A stretch of DNA of 60,436 nucleotides, the filler included, from Nemertoderma westbladi (lineage: Eukaryota > Animalia > Xenacoelomorpha): the NCBI GenBank assembly GCA_032718475.1. It is 3 parts of 3 records of this genome, joined end to end, with 100 filler letters (N's around TTAATTAATTAA, not from the genome) between each part and the next. Parts side by side here need not be neighbours in the genome. Positions count along the whole stretch, not along the records: positions 21,788 to 45,405 come from JAUCBJ010002479.1; 2 more parts are not named here. One strand, 5' to 3'. Positions 25,624-39,082 of this stretch are shown piece after piece. Position 1 is the first letter of the stretch, and each line of letters starts with the position of its first letter. Position numbers and translations under genes: made by a program. Below the pieces are notes generated by a model. It made no database searches. It had not been told where the DNA came from and saw only the letters and a list, made by a program, of their open reading frames with translations.

Positions 25624-27084
25624 TACCACACAACAACTCTATATATTTAAATGGTTTATAAGTAGAATAATAAGCACAACACAATACAAGTTCGAGTACA
25701 AGTACTATATTTTTATTTCTATATGGTTTATAAGACAATAATTTTTAGTTGAATAAAATGAAAATTCAATTAAATATACGCCTACCGTATATATATCATA
25801 TATAGAAACGGTAGGTAAACATAGCCTATGTTATGTTAACATAACTACAAATTAAAATTATTTACCGGTACTGGTAATCATTCAGTCATTATATGTTTAC
25901 ATAAATTTTTAAGAGTATGCCTAAAGAGAAATCCTAAATTTATAATGCCATAATATAGGGCCTACAGATATAATATAATAATAATAATACAGTATACAGT
26001 AATAATAATAGGCCTATATATTTTTTCCAATGCTGCTATAAAGGCAATAGGCCTACCGGTATAGCCTAAGTCCGAAATTCCTCAAAATTTATTTTAATTC
26101 AAATAAATATTAAGAATCATTAAAAATTAAATTTATTAATAGAAAACATAAATAAAATAAAGTTTTAATTTTTCCTATAAAATAAAGTTACATCATTTGA
26201 CTGCCATATCTAAAAACTATGGTACACAATTTCGAATTACAGAATTAGGTAGGACAGTAGGAATAGCTTCGTACAATCAATAGAAAAAATTCGACAAATG
26301 CATAATATTATATATCATAACATAGCTTTAATATATATAGGGATATACACATTATTAAATAGGCCTAATTATTACAGTATTACATATATTTTGTCAATTT
26401 TGTAGGCTAAAAGGAGATTTCGGTAAAAAAAACAGATAATAAATGATAAATCATATTATAATTGATAAACAGCGTATAATGTGTACAAGTGTACAAGCGC
26501 CTTACAAATTTATGTAGAGCAATGCTATTAATAATATGATTTGACTTGAGAGAGTAAATGTCAGTCTAAAGCCAACAACAGTAAATATTTGAACAGGGAG
26601 TATATTTGACTACTTGATGCCATCTGGCACTGGCTGTCTGGCTCTGGACTGTGACCAAATCTTCTAAATCAACATATTACTTATACTGTAGCATAAAAGG
26701 ACAGAAGGATTGGGTTCAGGCAGTCAGGTACAGTATGATATGTTCATTACCGGTAATGCTGTACGGTAATGCATTTATTTTTCATTATTGTATTTAATTG
26801 ATTATTGTCTGATTGTAAGATATATACCGGTAAGCATATAACAGTATAATCTAATCCTAATTACCAAAGTTTCTTCATAATTTTCAATTTAACTCATGTC
26901 AGCATGTTTTTTCATGAAGTTCAGGCTATACCGATACCGGTAGTCCTAAATCTGTAAATGTCGATCATAGTGGCCCTTTAGCCCTTCGCGCTGTCGTGTG
27001 ATATAAGAACAACCTCCGCCGGTACCGGTAACTATCAACTATAGGCAATACACTAGGCCTACTGCACTAGGCCTTACTGCCTGT

Positions 27085-27880
27085 TGGATACAGAAACAAT
27101 CTATCGAAACGTTTAAGATACCTTCATGCAGCATGTGGGGTACTCTGTAGCAATCTATTGAAACATTTAAGTTACCTTCGCCCAGTATGCAGTATATGGG
27201 ATACTGAAACAATTCGTTGAAATGTGTAAAAGAGAACAATCTGGTAAAATGTTTAATTGACCTTCATGCAGCACATTGGATTTGGATAGGTACTGAAACA
27301 ATCTATTGAAAGGTTTAAGATACCTTCATGCAGTTGCAGCACGTTGGATACTGAAATAATATATTGATGATACGTTTAAGAGACCTTCCTGCAGCATGTT
27401 GGATACTGAAACTATCTATTGAAACGTAAGAGACCTTCATGCAGCACGTTCAATACTGAAACAATCTATTGACAGATTGAAACGTTTAAGATACCATTGT
27501 CCAGCACTTTCTGACTTTGGATACTGAAACAATATATTGAAACGTTTAAGATACCTTCATGCCGCACGTTGGATACTGAAACAATCTGTTGAAACGTTTA
27601 AGAGACCTTTGCGCAGCACATTGGATACTGAAACAATCTATTGAAACGTTTAAGATTCCTTCATGCAGCACGTTGGATACCGGTACTGAAACAATCTGTT
27701 GAAACGTTAAGAGACTTTCGCGCAGTATGTGAGATACTGAAACAATCCGTTGAAATGTCCAAGAGTCAACAATCTGTTGAAACGTTTAAGAGAGACCAGA
27801 CCTTCATGCAGTACCGGTACGTTGGATACTGAAAAAATCTATTGAAACGTTTAAGAGACCTTCGCGCAGTATGTGAGATA
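27085..27880. repeat. ~52-bp satellite, left part
   Basis: Unit GAAACAATCTATTGAAACGTTTAAGAGACCTTCATGCAGCACGTTGGATACT; the array resumes at 30148 after a LINE insertion. Confidence 0.93.
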
Positions 27881-30147
27881 TGATGGGCTATTTTTACTCA
27901 ATGAACATTATTGATAAATTTCAATCAGCCTTTCGTAAAGGATATTCCGTACAGACATGTTTGATTTTCCTGGATAACTACATTAAACACGCCATGGAAA
28001 ACGGGAAAATGGTTGGAATGGTTGCTATTGATCTCCAGAAGGCCTTCGACACGGTTGACCGATCCCTTCTCATCCACAAGCTAAAGTGCCTTGGCCTCTC
28101 ACGATGTGCCATAGCATTTTTCGAGTCATATCTATCCGGTCGAACACAATACGTCCAGGTCGGTAACAGCAGTTCAAACACGCTTCCAATAGATATAGGT
28201 GTCCCACAGGGTGCTCTACTCGGAGTGATTCTCTTTGTGGCTTATATCAATGATTTTCCATTGTCAACAGCTTGCAAACTTCCTGCAATATGCCCCCCTC
28301 CATCTACAGTTGCCACTGCCATGACTCACAATGTAATTACAGATGACACTGACCCTTCTCCAATGTATGCTGATGATACAAACATCCTTGCAACAGGGAC
28401 AGACCCAAACCACATCTCGATAAATCTAACAAACAAACTGAAAAATATCTCAAACTGGGCCATAAACAACAGACTCAGCATACACCCAGATAAATTTGAG
28501 GTCATAATTTTTGGGACACGTCAGCGTCTCTCACATGTAGATAACTTATCAGTGGAGCATAATGGTGTGTCACTGCCTGTCTCAGGCACGGTTAACTACC
28601 TGGGGTGCCCACTGGATCCAACCCTGTCCGGCGAAGTTGCAGCTCGCAAAGCCATCCGGAAGGGGAACTCGATTCTTCGTTTCCTCTATAGAAACTCGGC
28701 TACACTCAGGACTGAACAGATTCGAAGACTTCTTTGCAACTCGCTTATACAACCTCACCTCGATTTTGCATCCCCTTCGTGGTACTTTGGCGCATCATCC
28801 CAACTACGAAAACAGATCGAGGCGCTGCAGCGTAAATGTATACGTTTCTGTTTCTCACGCCAACCCCGTTCTCACATAGGCGTTCCAGACTTTGTCTCCA
28901 TAAACTGGCTTCCCCTCCGTGAGCGCGTACACCAAATAATCCTCTCTACTATGTACCGCATTTACACTGGGACAGCACCAACCTACCTCCAGGAACTTGT
29001 ATCCTTTAGCCAATCACGGTCTCGCTTGAGGAGTGACTTGAAACCGAAGGCGATAATCCCACATTTACACTCCGTGGTGGGCCAAGAAAGTTTCGCGTAC
29101 CAGGGCCCTTTCTTATGGAACCAACTGCCTCATAGCGTAACAAGTGTTGAATCAATTGAGTCCTTCAAACATAAAGTAAAATCGTATCTTCTCGAAAAAA
29201 TCATGTCATCCGATATATCAATATATACTAGTAACTAATACGAACTTTATATTTGTGTCTAAATTGCCCTTTCTTATTTTTATTGTGTTGTTCTAAAAAA
29301 CCTCAATACCATAATATATTACTCTTTCTATGTAGCTGTTTGTATTTTGTTTCATTTTTTTCTTTTTTATGCCACTGCCATTTCAATATTTTTATTTCTC
29401 TCTAAATGCTCGGTTTCTACTGTTTGATACTAGTGTAAATAATTATTATATTTGTATTGTATGTATTATATTCATGTATGTATTATTATTGTATGTATGT
29501 ATTATATTTGTATTTGTGTGATATTCCTCTTTAATTTATCATCTACTGTATCTACTGAGATCTACTGTATTTATTATTTATTTTTATCTGAAAAAACATA
29601 TTTTTAAAATGTTAATTAGCAGACAAAAACAGACAGACATACTAATACTAACTACTTATATTAATTTATTTTTTATCTTACTCAAGGACTTATTACAACA
29701 ATAAGATTTTCATCACATAGCGAGGACCCCCATGGAAACGAGACGCAGTCTCATGGGGCTATCCTCGACGACAAATCATTTTTACTCAATGTTTTAGATA
29801 CCCCGTGCAACTACGTATATTCTCTGCCCATCGTATTTTCAGTTCAGTAACATATTAAAATATTTTCCTTTTTATAAACATACAGTACAGTCATTTCTAT
29901 CCTATTTTAAATTGGACCATTTTATTTTCAGTAACATATTTCAATATTTTATATAAATATACAACACAGTACAGTACAGATGCTTAATGAACAATTAATA
30001 TATATCTGATTGAAGGTCTTTGCATTGGCTTGTCGGTACCTTTGTTGTTCTGTTAACTATTTTATTATGTTATCGTCAATGTTCATATTTTAATTGCGTA
30101 AATTTTAGCTGATTTGACGTCTAATAAAAAATTCCAATTCCAATTCC
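27881..30147 (+). mobile_element. 5'-truncated L2/Crack/Daphne-group LINE (RT ORF 27880-29238 plus long 3' UTR)
   Basis: FQSAFR, DLQKAFDTV, GVPQGALLG, YADD and YLG motifs. 3' stem-loop GAGGACCCCCATG...CATGGGGCTATCCTC at ~29722-29766, then AATAAA and an (AATTCC)n tail. Confidence 0.92.
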
Positions 30148-30593
30148 AAACAATCCGTTGAAACATTTAAGAGACCTTCGTGCAGCATGTCTGCATGTGG
30201 GGGTGGGGTACTCTGTAACAATCTATTGAAACATTTAAGATACCTTCGCCCAGTACCGGTATGCAGTACAGCAGTATATGGGATACCGGTACTGAAACAA
30301 TTCGTTGAAATGTGTAAGATATGGAGAACAATCTGGTGAAACGTTTAAGAGACCTTCATGCAGCACATTGGATTTGGATACTGAAACAATCTATTGAAAC
30401 GTTTAAGAGACCTTCATGCAGCACGTTGGATACTGAAACAATCTATTGATGAAACGTTTAAGAGACCTTCATGGCTTCATGCAGCACGTTGGATAGACTG
30501 AAAAAATCTATTGAAACGTTTAAGAGACCTTCGCGCAGTATGTGAGATACTGAAACAATCCGTTGAAACATTTAAGAGACCTTCGTGCAGCAT
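30148..30593. repeat. ~52-bp satellite, right part
   Basis: Same unit as 27085-27880. Confidence 0.93.
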
Positions 30594-31989
30594 GTATATA
30601 AAATATAACAAAATAACAGTAACAAAAAGTAACAAAATATATGATTTTCACTCTGCAATATCTTTTGAAAGCCCTAACACCACTTTGCGGGGCACAAACG
30701 AATATAACCCATTTTTTCTGATCTATCTGCTGGAGCTGGATGGTGCCATTTAGGTCGCTTTTTTATAGTTTAGGTCGCTTTTTGGAAAGGTTGAATATAT
30801 CCCGTTCGGGATAGGGAACCCTACTGAATGTGCTTCACAGACAGACAGATTTTTGTAAATAGGTCAAATTTCAAATAACGGTATCTCGAGAACGCATCAA
30901 CGAAATCAGCTGAAATTTTCAAAATACGGTAGGCCTACCGGTCTGTCGGTACCTAGGTCTGTAGGTTGCCAGCCCTGGGCATTCCTTGGCTTAATGACCC
31001 TAAAAAAAGATTCTCCCATTCAACTGTAATAACCTGTAAAAAAATATCGGTACCGGCAATCATCTGAACATGCAATGACTGCTGTACTGCAGTACACAGT
31101 ACACAGTAGGACAGTACTGTGACAACCTGATAACTGGATAACAGAAACAGAACATACAGCCTGACAGCTGTACAGACATAGATCAGCCAGCACTCAGCAT
31201 GCAGGCTTTACTGCTTTATCTGAATGCTGGACTGGTACCGGTAAATGCAGAAAGGAATAAGACAAAGGAATGACAGAATGAGTACCGTTACCGTTATTAG
31301 ATAGACTGATAGAGTATGGAGTACAGTCGACGCCTTGAGTACACTACCTGTGAGCCTGAATTCAATTGAATTTGTTTAATGACCATATCAGGAACAGACA
31401 TTACAGTAAAATAAACAACTTAATCCGAGTAAAATAATACAATATATACAACAATTAATATATAAGTTAGATATGAACTTTAGAGATTTAATATTAATTA
31501 TTAGATTTCAAGATATTTACACGTCTTTACGTAAGATTTCTGATGTATAGGCTAATTAATATATAACGCAAATAGTCTTCCGACCATGCTTGTTGTTAGC
31601 ACCATCGGCTCCTAAAGTATGTACGGTATGTATTAAGTTCTACAATAAAATAAATTGGATCAGTTCCACGAAGTTTGCATAAATCAAGTAGTCAATGTAC
31701 TGAATGTCACACTACCATGGACAATGTCTATTAATTAATAAAATATTTAATATTTGCAGATCCGATAGGTTATAATTAGATAATTTAATCCATAGTTAAT
31801 TACGAATAAATTTAAATTAAAAATTAAATCGAATTTAAGTTCAACCATGTACATAAATATTTCTAAAACGTATTGTGGGATTTGGCAATGTCATAGATTA
31901 ATAATGAAATAATCGTTTAGTTGTCCTGTTGTCATTAATTTATGACAATACAATATAAATACATTAGAAGGACTTACATTAGTTAAATA

Positions 31990-32320
31990 TGAATAAATAT
32001 ATAAAATAACATTCTAAAACGTATCAATGATCAATATTATAAAACGTGGCGCCTGTAGTGAGGGAGCCATATCGTGAGTACAATGAAGCGTGCAAACTAT
32101 AAAATATAAGGTAATGATTAATAAATATTTCATTATCAGGGTCTCTTACTGTTTCCATTGAATTTTTCCATGAACCCGTGCACCATTGTAGGAGATCAAC
32201 ACAATCGAGACCTTTCTTGAACGGGTTAAGCGATTTTGCGCATGGAACTGATTCTGGAAGGGAGTTCCACAAATCCAGCCGTCGAACAGAGAAATAGCTA
32301 CAGCTAGCGCCTGTATTGTT
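31990..32320 (-). mobile_element. CR1-type LINE 3' remnant
   Basis: Encodes YFSVRRLDLWNSLPESV...SLNPFKKGLD, the typical C-terminus of CR1-group ORF2. Confidence 0.6.
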
Positions 32321-33605
32321 GTAGTTTAGTTTAGTTTAATAAGCCAGTACGTATCAATAAAAATATATTTCAAACATTCAAACACAAATGGCAGAAATAA
32401 AAATAATGTATTATTAGGATAACATTACAGTAATAAACTTCAATTATAATAATTACTCGCTATTATCAAAATTATTGATTTGACAAGTAATATACGTACT
32501 GTAAGTATTGTAATGTAAAGAAGGATAGGAGACTTATATACATTTTGTTTTTCGAAATGGCTGACAAGTTTCGCATTTCCGTTTTAAGGCGGGAATAAAA
32601 TATAAATAAAAATTAGATTAATTAATTAAAGATAAAATTGAACAAAAAAAAACTTATATTAAGTTATTCTAGTAATAATCAATATACAGATATATTCCTT
32701 GAACATGGGAACACAAGTTACAAATTACAGTTTACAGTAGTTTAAAAATAATGCATAATAGGGTTGTTGCGTGGAAATTTGTTGGGCCAGAAACAATTGA
32801 ATAAGGGGTCTATTATGACAAAATTATGATAAAATGCATCGGTTAATTAAGATAGTAGGTAAACTGTATGTGTATGTGTAAACAGTATGTGTAATCATGA
32901 AATTTACAGTATATTTCTAAATTCATTGCAGTATTCGAAGATTCTGCCAAGTTACGCAATTGAATTTTAAAGCCGGGAAAAAAATATAACTAAAATTATT
33001 ATAATATAAGTTAATAATATAATAATATTATTAATAACATAAGTTACAATCCGCATCGACCTGAAATTAGTCTTTCCAGATGTTTCAGCGCCTATTTGTC
33101 ACATAATATTAGATCTTGATATAATACAATACATAAATATGCATTATTAATAATTGATAATATTATAAGGTTGATAAATCATTATAATTTTCATTTAGAA
33201 CAGTTTAGAGTCCCATAATCTTTGGCGTCCAGTTGGGTTCAAACGTGTTATAGCACAGACTTCCAACTTGGAGATCACCATTTCGATTCCACCTGGGCCC
33301 CAAAGCTAAACCATAGTAAGCTAGGATCAACTAACATTCTAATACAATAATTATTGTAATACATTGTAATGAGAGAGATTGCTCCTTATTTATTTAATTT
33401 AGATGGATAATTTAATTTCTAATGTACTGAACAGTATGCAAAGGCGATACTATATATACATTTCCTAAGAATAGATTCAATAATTAATCATTAAAATCGA
33501 AAAGAACTAATAATCTGTTGTAATCAAATAATCTGTATATCGTAATCCGTTATAAATAATCGGTCGTAACGAGTACCGTAATTACTACAGTACTACTACT
33601 AGGTC

Positions 33606-34828
33606 TGTAAAAGCTTTTGCGGACATAACAAGCCCTTTTTTTCCGCAATATACCGTGTAGGTGCTTTAGCGGACATAACAAGCCATTTTCTCCGCAATGT
33701 ACCGTGTAGGTGCTTTAGCGGACATAACAAGCCATTTTCTGCCGCAATGCGCCTAATACTCTAAAAGACTGGAACTCAGATGACGAAATCTGTCAGCTGA
33801 TTTACTGTAAACGTGAAACCTCTCTTTGTTCGGCTCAACCAATCAGAGCGATTTTCTTTTTATGTTGGACAAGGGCCTATGTAAAACCGCGCAATGCATT
33901 ACGGTCTTTGTTTACCTTTTCTGAGCCTCTGAACATCGGCTTAGAATTTCTTCTGTGCTTCTGTAGAAGTTTCAGACTTTGGCCCAACTTTGGATGGCTT
34001 TGATTACAAAAACGTAAATCTATTATCCTGGAGCACTGCAATCCACAAACCAAACTGCGGTACTGCAACGCATTACAAACTGGATACATTGGCTGCATTT
34101 ACCTGATAAACTGATTGAACTCAATGCACTACGTAACACATACTGATTGTTCACCGCATTATTTTACTTCTGTTATTAATTGTTGTTATATGGATATATT
34201 GTTGATATATTTGGAGAATACCGATAAATAATCATAAAACCCCAATCTTCTTGATTACTGAAGGTAAGAGGGACCGGTTACCTGTAGCAATTGCGACTTA
34301 CATTATAGTGGTTTTTGTGTGAATTAAATGCTATTTCATAATCCCTACATGAGTCAGTTGCTATCCTCCTTATATATGATCAAATTCAGTGACGGTCGGC
34401 AGATCAGTGTGAAGTAGTGTGAAGTCGTGCGCAGTAGTGTGACTGATAATAAAGCATCTCCTAAATAATGCGCTATTTACGAAACTCAGTAGTCATCTAG
34501 TTGTGATTAGTATAAGTCATAACTCTGTTTTTATACTTAAAGCGCCACGTCCTAAAGGAACTGTTAATATTTCCCCGAAAGTGAATAATATTGTCAGAGA
34601 TTATATAGTAACGATCAATCGAATAATACCGTAGGTCTGCACCGCAATCACTTCAAAGCACCCGAATCCAGTCTCCCGTAACAGTGGGTGAATGATCGCG
34701 CATAGACTGGCTTCGGCTAATGTTACTTCATGTGCACTAAATACTTGTTATAGGCTAAAGTCGATTTATAAACAAGAGGACACCTAACATTGGCAGGTTA
34801 AACTGCTAAAGGTCTGAAAGCGTGAACA
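33606..34828 (+). mobile_element. Solo LTR (1223 bp)
   Basis: TGTAAAAGC...GCGTGAACA termini and a 5-bp TSD AGGTC (33601-33605, 34829-34833). ~50-bp tandem repeats in the 5' part, CCAAT box at ~33839. Homologous to 48140-49349. Confidence 0.9.
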
Positions 34829-35872
34829 AGGTCGAGCGAACTCGGACAGTGGAAATGAGATCCTTCCAGGCTTCCCGATTCTCAATAGTTGTCGCAGTTT
34901 CGTTTCTCCCAAGTTCAATATCCCTTTCAAGTTGATCTATATATGTTATGGCCGGTCGTCCACGACTACGCTTTCCCTGAGTTGGTTGCCAGAGAAGTAG
35001 ATCTGGTATGACCTCGTCTTTACTTCGCCAGCAGTGCCCACTGAATGGTAATCTGCGTTCACGGAGGGTGGTTGATACGGGCGGAATTGTACCATAAAGC
35101 TCGGCGTTTGTCATGTGTTGTCTCCAGCTGATGTTTAGGGCTGCCCTTAGTAGTCTTGTGTAGCAACCATCAATTCGTTGTTCAAGTGATTTAGTCAGTG
35201 TCCAGGTCTCACACCCATATAAAAATACACTTTCCACTGTGGCTCGAAATAACTTAGTCTTCAGGTGCCTGGAGAGATCTGATTTCCAGATGGTATCCAT
35301 TTTTGATAGAGCTACCCAAGCCTTTGCTTTCCTAACTCCTATGTCCTTTTTGCTACTCTCTATCCATGATCCTAGGTACTGGAAGTCGTCAACCTTCCTT
35401 AGTTGATTATTATCAATGGTTGTCAAGTTTCCATCAACATTAAAGGTCATGAATTCGGTCTTGGTAGCATTTATATGCAATCCAACCTCCTTAGCAGCCC
35501 TCTCCACTTTATTTAATAGAAGCTGCGCATCTGCTAGCGTGTTAGAGAGCAGGGCGATGTCATCCGCAAAGTCGGTGTCTGTGACTGTAGTTGCCGGATA
35601 TCTACTACTTCTGCGTTCTTGAAGTGTGAATCCCAGATCTTCACCCTTTGTGGCCGTCCTCATTGCGTAATCCAGCACAATTACAGATAGTAATGGTGCT
35701 AATGTGTCACCTTGCAGTACGCCAGCCAGGATTGAGAAAAACACAGTTTCACCATCTGGTGAGAGTACCTGTGCTTCTGTGTCACAATATAGCAATCCAA
35801 TGCCAGCAACAATTACTTCTGGTATTCCATAAGCTCTTAGGATTTCAAGCATTTTACCTCTATGGATGGAAT
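34829..35872 (-). mobile_element. 5'-truncated RTE-clade LINE (RT); its stop and (TAG)n tail are displaced to 33590-33605 by the LTR
   Basis: GVLQGDTLAP, FADD, YLGS and LYGCETW motifs. The ORF ends RST, and ACC TAG TAG TAG continues on the far side of the LTR. Confidence 0.93.
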
Positions 35873-38731
35873 CTTTTGCTGCACACGCTAACTGTATATC
35901 GAAATCTTATATTTTTATCAAAGAATCATTAAATTTCTGTGCGTATGATATTTATGCCTAACTCATATTGTATACCACCGTGAATCTTGTTTATATGTTG
36001 CCTAGCAATAGTTATGGCAGTGCTGAACTCTCATTGGTAACTACCGGCACAGGAATTCTTGCGCCCTATTGGCTGTTCTATTCTTGCCGTGCTTATATAG
36101 TCGATGTTCATCCCATTACTCTCAGGCATAACCTAACAACATATTAAGCCCGTTACGAGTCATGTAACTTGCAGGACTCGTGATATTTCACCTTGCTGCT
36201 TGCTGCGTGCATTGTAGCTTGTTGCATGCATTATACTGTATCTTGTTGCTTATTGCGTGCATTTATTATTAGTTACTATTATTGCTTTACCTTGTTTATG
36301 AATATACAAGACCAGAGATCAAACCAACTCGATTTCCACACGGTTAGTGCTGACTGCGCCCTGTCTGTAATAGATTCGGTTCATTTAGTGTGAGTGTGTG
36401 CGTCCATAGTACTACAATATTATTCCCCAACTAGTAACTATAATCTACTAATGAGGCTATGTATGCAGCACGTGTGAACTGTGCGCAATCTTATTCTTAA
36501 ATTGGTACTTTTTCGCTCGAATATACCGCAAAATCGGGAGAAAAGGTTTCACTTTTTCCCTAGAGAAAAAAAGTAATCATTAGGATTGCATTAATTTTAC
36601 TTTTTTTCCCGGCGAAAAAGGTAAAGTAAAATATTTTTGGTGAAATTTCTTAAATTTTATTACATATATTGAAAGAGCATCGACGTAGAAAAGGTTTGCA
36701 AGTAATTTGAGCTTATTATTGAGCTTGAAACTTATTGCAGCTTTAGTGTCTGCAACGGGGACTCCGAAACGCACTCGATGTCCAATATTGGTTTATGTTG
36801 TTTAGCGGCTCTCTAGTTAAGTAATTTAAATATTCGAGAACACTAAATTATTTTAACATTGAGTAAGGAGGCAACATCGAGAGTTGAAGAGTACAATAAT
36901 TTGAACCGCAGTAACTATGGAAGCAATATAGTAAAATATTGCTTTTGTAACACTACCGTACTAACTGTACATAGTATATCGCTATGTTTTATTAATTGCT
37001 AATTACATAGTTGTAACCCAGAATCAATGATCCAATGTGCCATTCAGCTGAATGGATTTGAGCGATTGCCAAGTTATAGAGTGGGATCTCTCTCTGACCA
37101 TAGGCAAATAACATTTTACTCAGCTGATAGCTCCTTCCCTTAGAATACAACACAAACTCTTACAACACAAACGCCCTGAATTCAATGAAAGTGAATGTCT
37201 AATACAGTAGGTTCTTGAGAAATCTGGCTTCCTGAATGACTTTTTAGTTATACAGTAGTATGCATGTACAGTACTACAGTTTAGCGCTTGAAAAATTACC
37301 TTTTTTATAATTTTACTGTGAACATATTATTATATTTTTTGTTCCTCTTATCTTTATTAACCTATAACACATTTGAACGGCCCAGTGCAGTGCTTAGAAT
37401 TCAATCAGCTGGCCTCCCATCTAACATAGCAGTGAGTAACCTTATATAGATTATTGTCATAGGATTCACTGGGAAGAGCTATTCATCTGGTGGGGTAATA
37501 CATTATACAAACTTACAGTTGATGTTTGATTACTGTCTGGGTTAGAGTGAAATAGTAATAAACTTAGCAAGTAATATACAGTACTTCTCTGCAGTTTGGG
37601 CCTATCCATTCAATCAATAGTAGTAGTACAGTAGCTTACTAGGAGGCCCTCATGGGAACCAGCAGCTAGTGTTTCTATTGGGTCTATGGGAATTTTTGCG
37701 GCAATTTTTTTTAGTGTTTTGGGGCTATTTTTGGAAATAAAAAGACACTTTGAAAATTTTTTTAGAAATTTTTTTTCCAAATCTTGGATATAACCTTCAT
37801 TGCCGGACGAGCTATAGCTTCGGAGGAGTGTATCTGATATACATTAGATACATACATATACATATAGATAGTGAATACTTTTACAGTAAGTAGTCCTAAC
37901 GGTCTTCTATGAGCTTCAGTCGAACTAAGCGAGTGAGGAGAAATATATTTTAAAACTAATTAATGTTGGTGAAACACATCATTATCAACTGCAGCTTGAC
38001 AATCCAAACTAAATTTGTGAGCATCTTCAGTAGTATCTACAGTATCAGCCCTGGTGCTAGTAATTTATACATGTCGTCAGAGACCGCGGGATTACTATAC
38101 CCTTGAAATCCATATTTTTTTCTATAACTCATAGTAACCCGTAGAGTCGTTGTGCGTCATATGAGTCGTTGAATACCTAACTTTTAGTTAGGATAACAAA
38201 TTGTGCTTATAGCGATATTTATTAATGTGTAAGATGAGCTGTGATTCCATCCTCGCAGCATTGTGGACTATCTGACGTCATAGTGCAGCAGCTGCTATAA
38301 GGGCTCTGCGGATTAATTACCAACCGGAAGACCAAAAAACGTAATGAGAAACAATGGGGCAATAACATTAATGTAACAACAATAATGTAGAAACTGCACG
38401 AGACTATATATATGGTAAACTGGGGTAATACGAGACATATTATCAGGATTTATTCGGCTGTAAAGCTGGAAACATATTTTGAAAATACAGTATTATGTAA
38501 ACTATAATTTACATTGAATATCAAATACGCATAAAATCATAATGTTTAACTTTCTTCATGTTCTTTTTTTGAATTTTGTGTGTCAATTTTCCAGGTTGGA
38601 CTAATATGATTCGAATCGCGTTCCATGACGGCGGGGTCATGGTATTCAAACTATTGGATATATTGCAATAGAAGACCAGCTATAAAAGGGGTAGCAATAT
38701 GTTCAGTAGTTAAATAGTTATTACTTCTGAT

Positions 38732-39082
38732 TGGTTGCCGGTGTACAAGGCTGAGATAACTCCCTCTTGAAATGACTCCTCAGTCGTCTCAGCCTAGGCT
38801 GAGAACACTCCCCTTAGGTTGAGAACACTCCCCTTAGGCTGAGATGACTCCCCTATTTGAGTTATAATATATATCCATACCTGTGGTATTTTCGTATATT
38901 GAAAAAATAACACTGAAACCTATGTTATTGAGTTATCGTTTATTGTTTTGGTTAGAAAAGCCCGCCACTGTAACCTGCTCCTTTCCGTTAATTAAGAAAT
39001 ATAGGGAGAAAACTGGGGAGTGTTCTCAGCCTTGGGGAGTTATATTTGGTGGGGAGTTATCTCAGCCTGTTACACCGGCACC
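38732..39082. mobile_element. Small MITE with internal 20-bp subterminal repeats
   Basis: TIR GCCGGTGTA(A)CA(A)GGCTGAGATAACTCC at both ends; AGGCTGAGAACACTCCCCTT repeats at 38795-38855. Confidence 0.7.

Noticed and set aside
35893-36339. Possible second solo LTR (TGTATATC...TTCCACA with CCAAT/TATA-like motifs)
   Set aside because: No target-site duplication and no second copy in the window.
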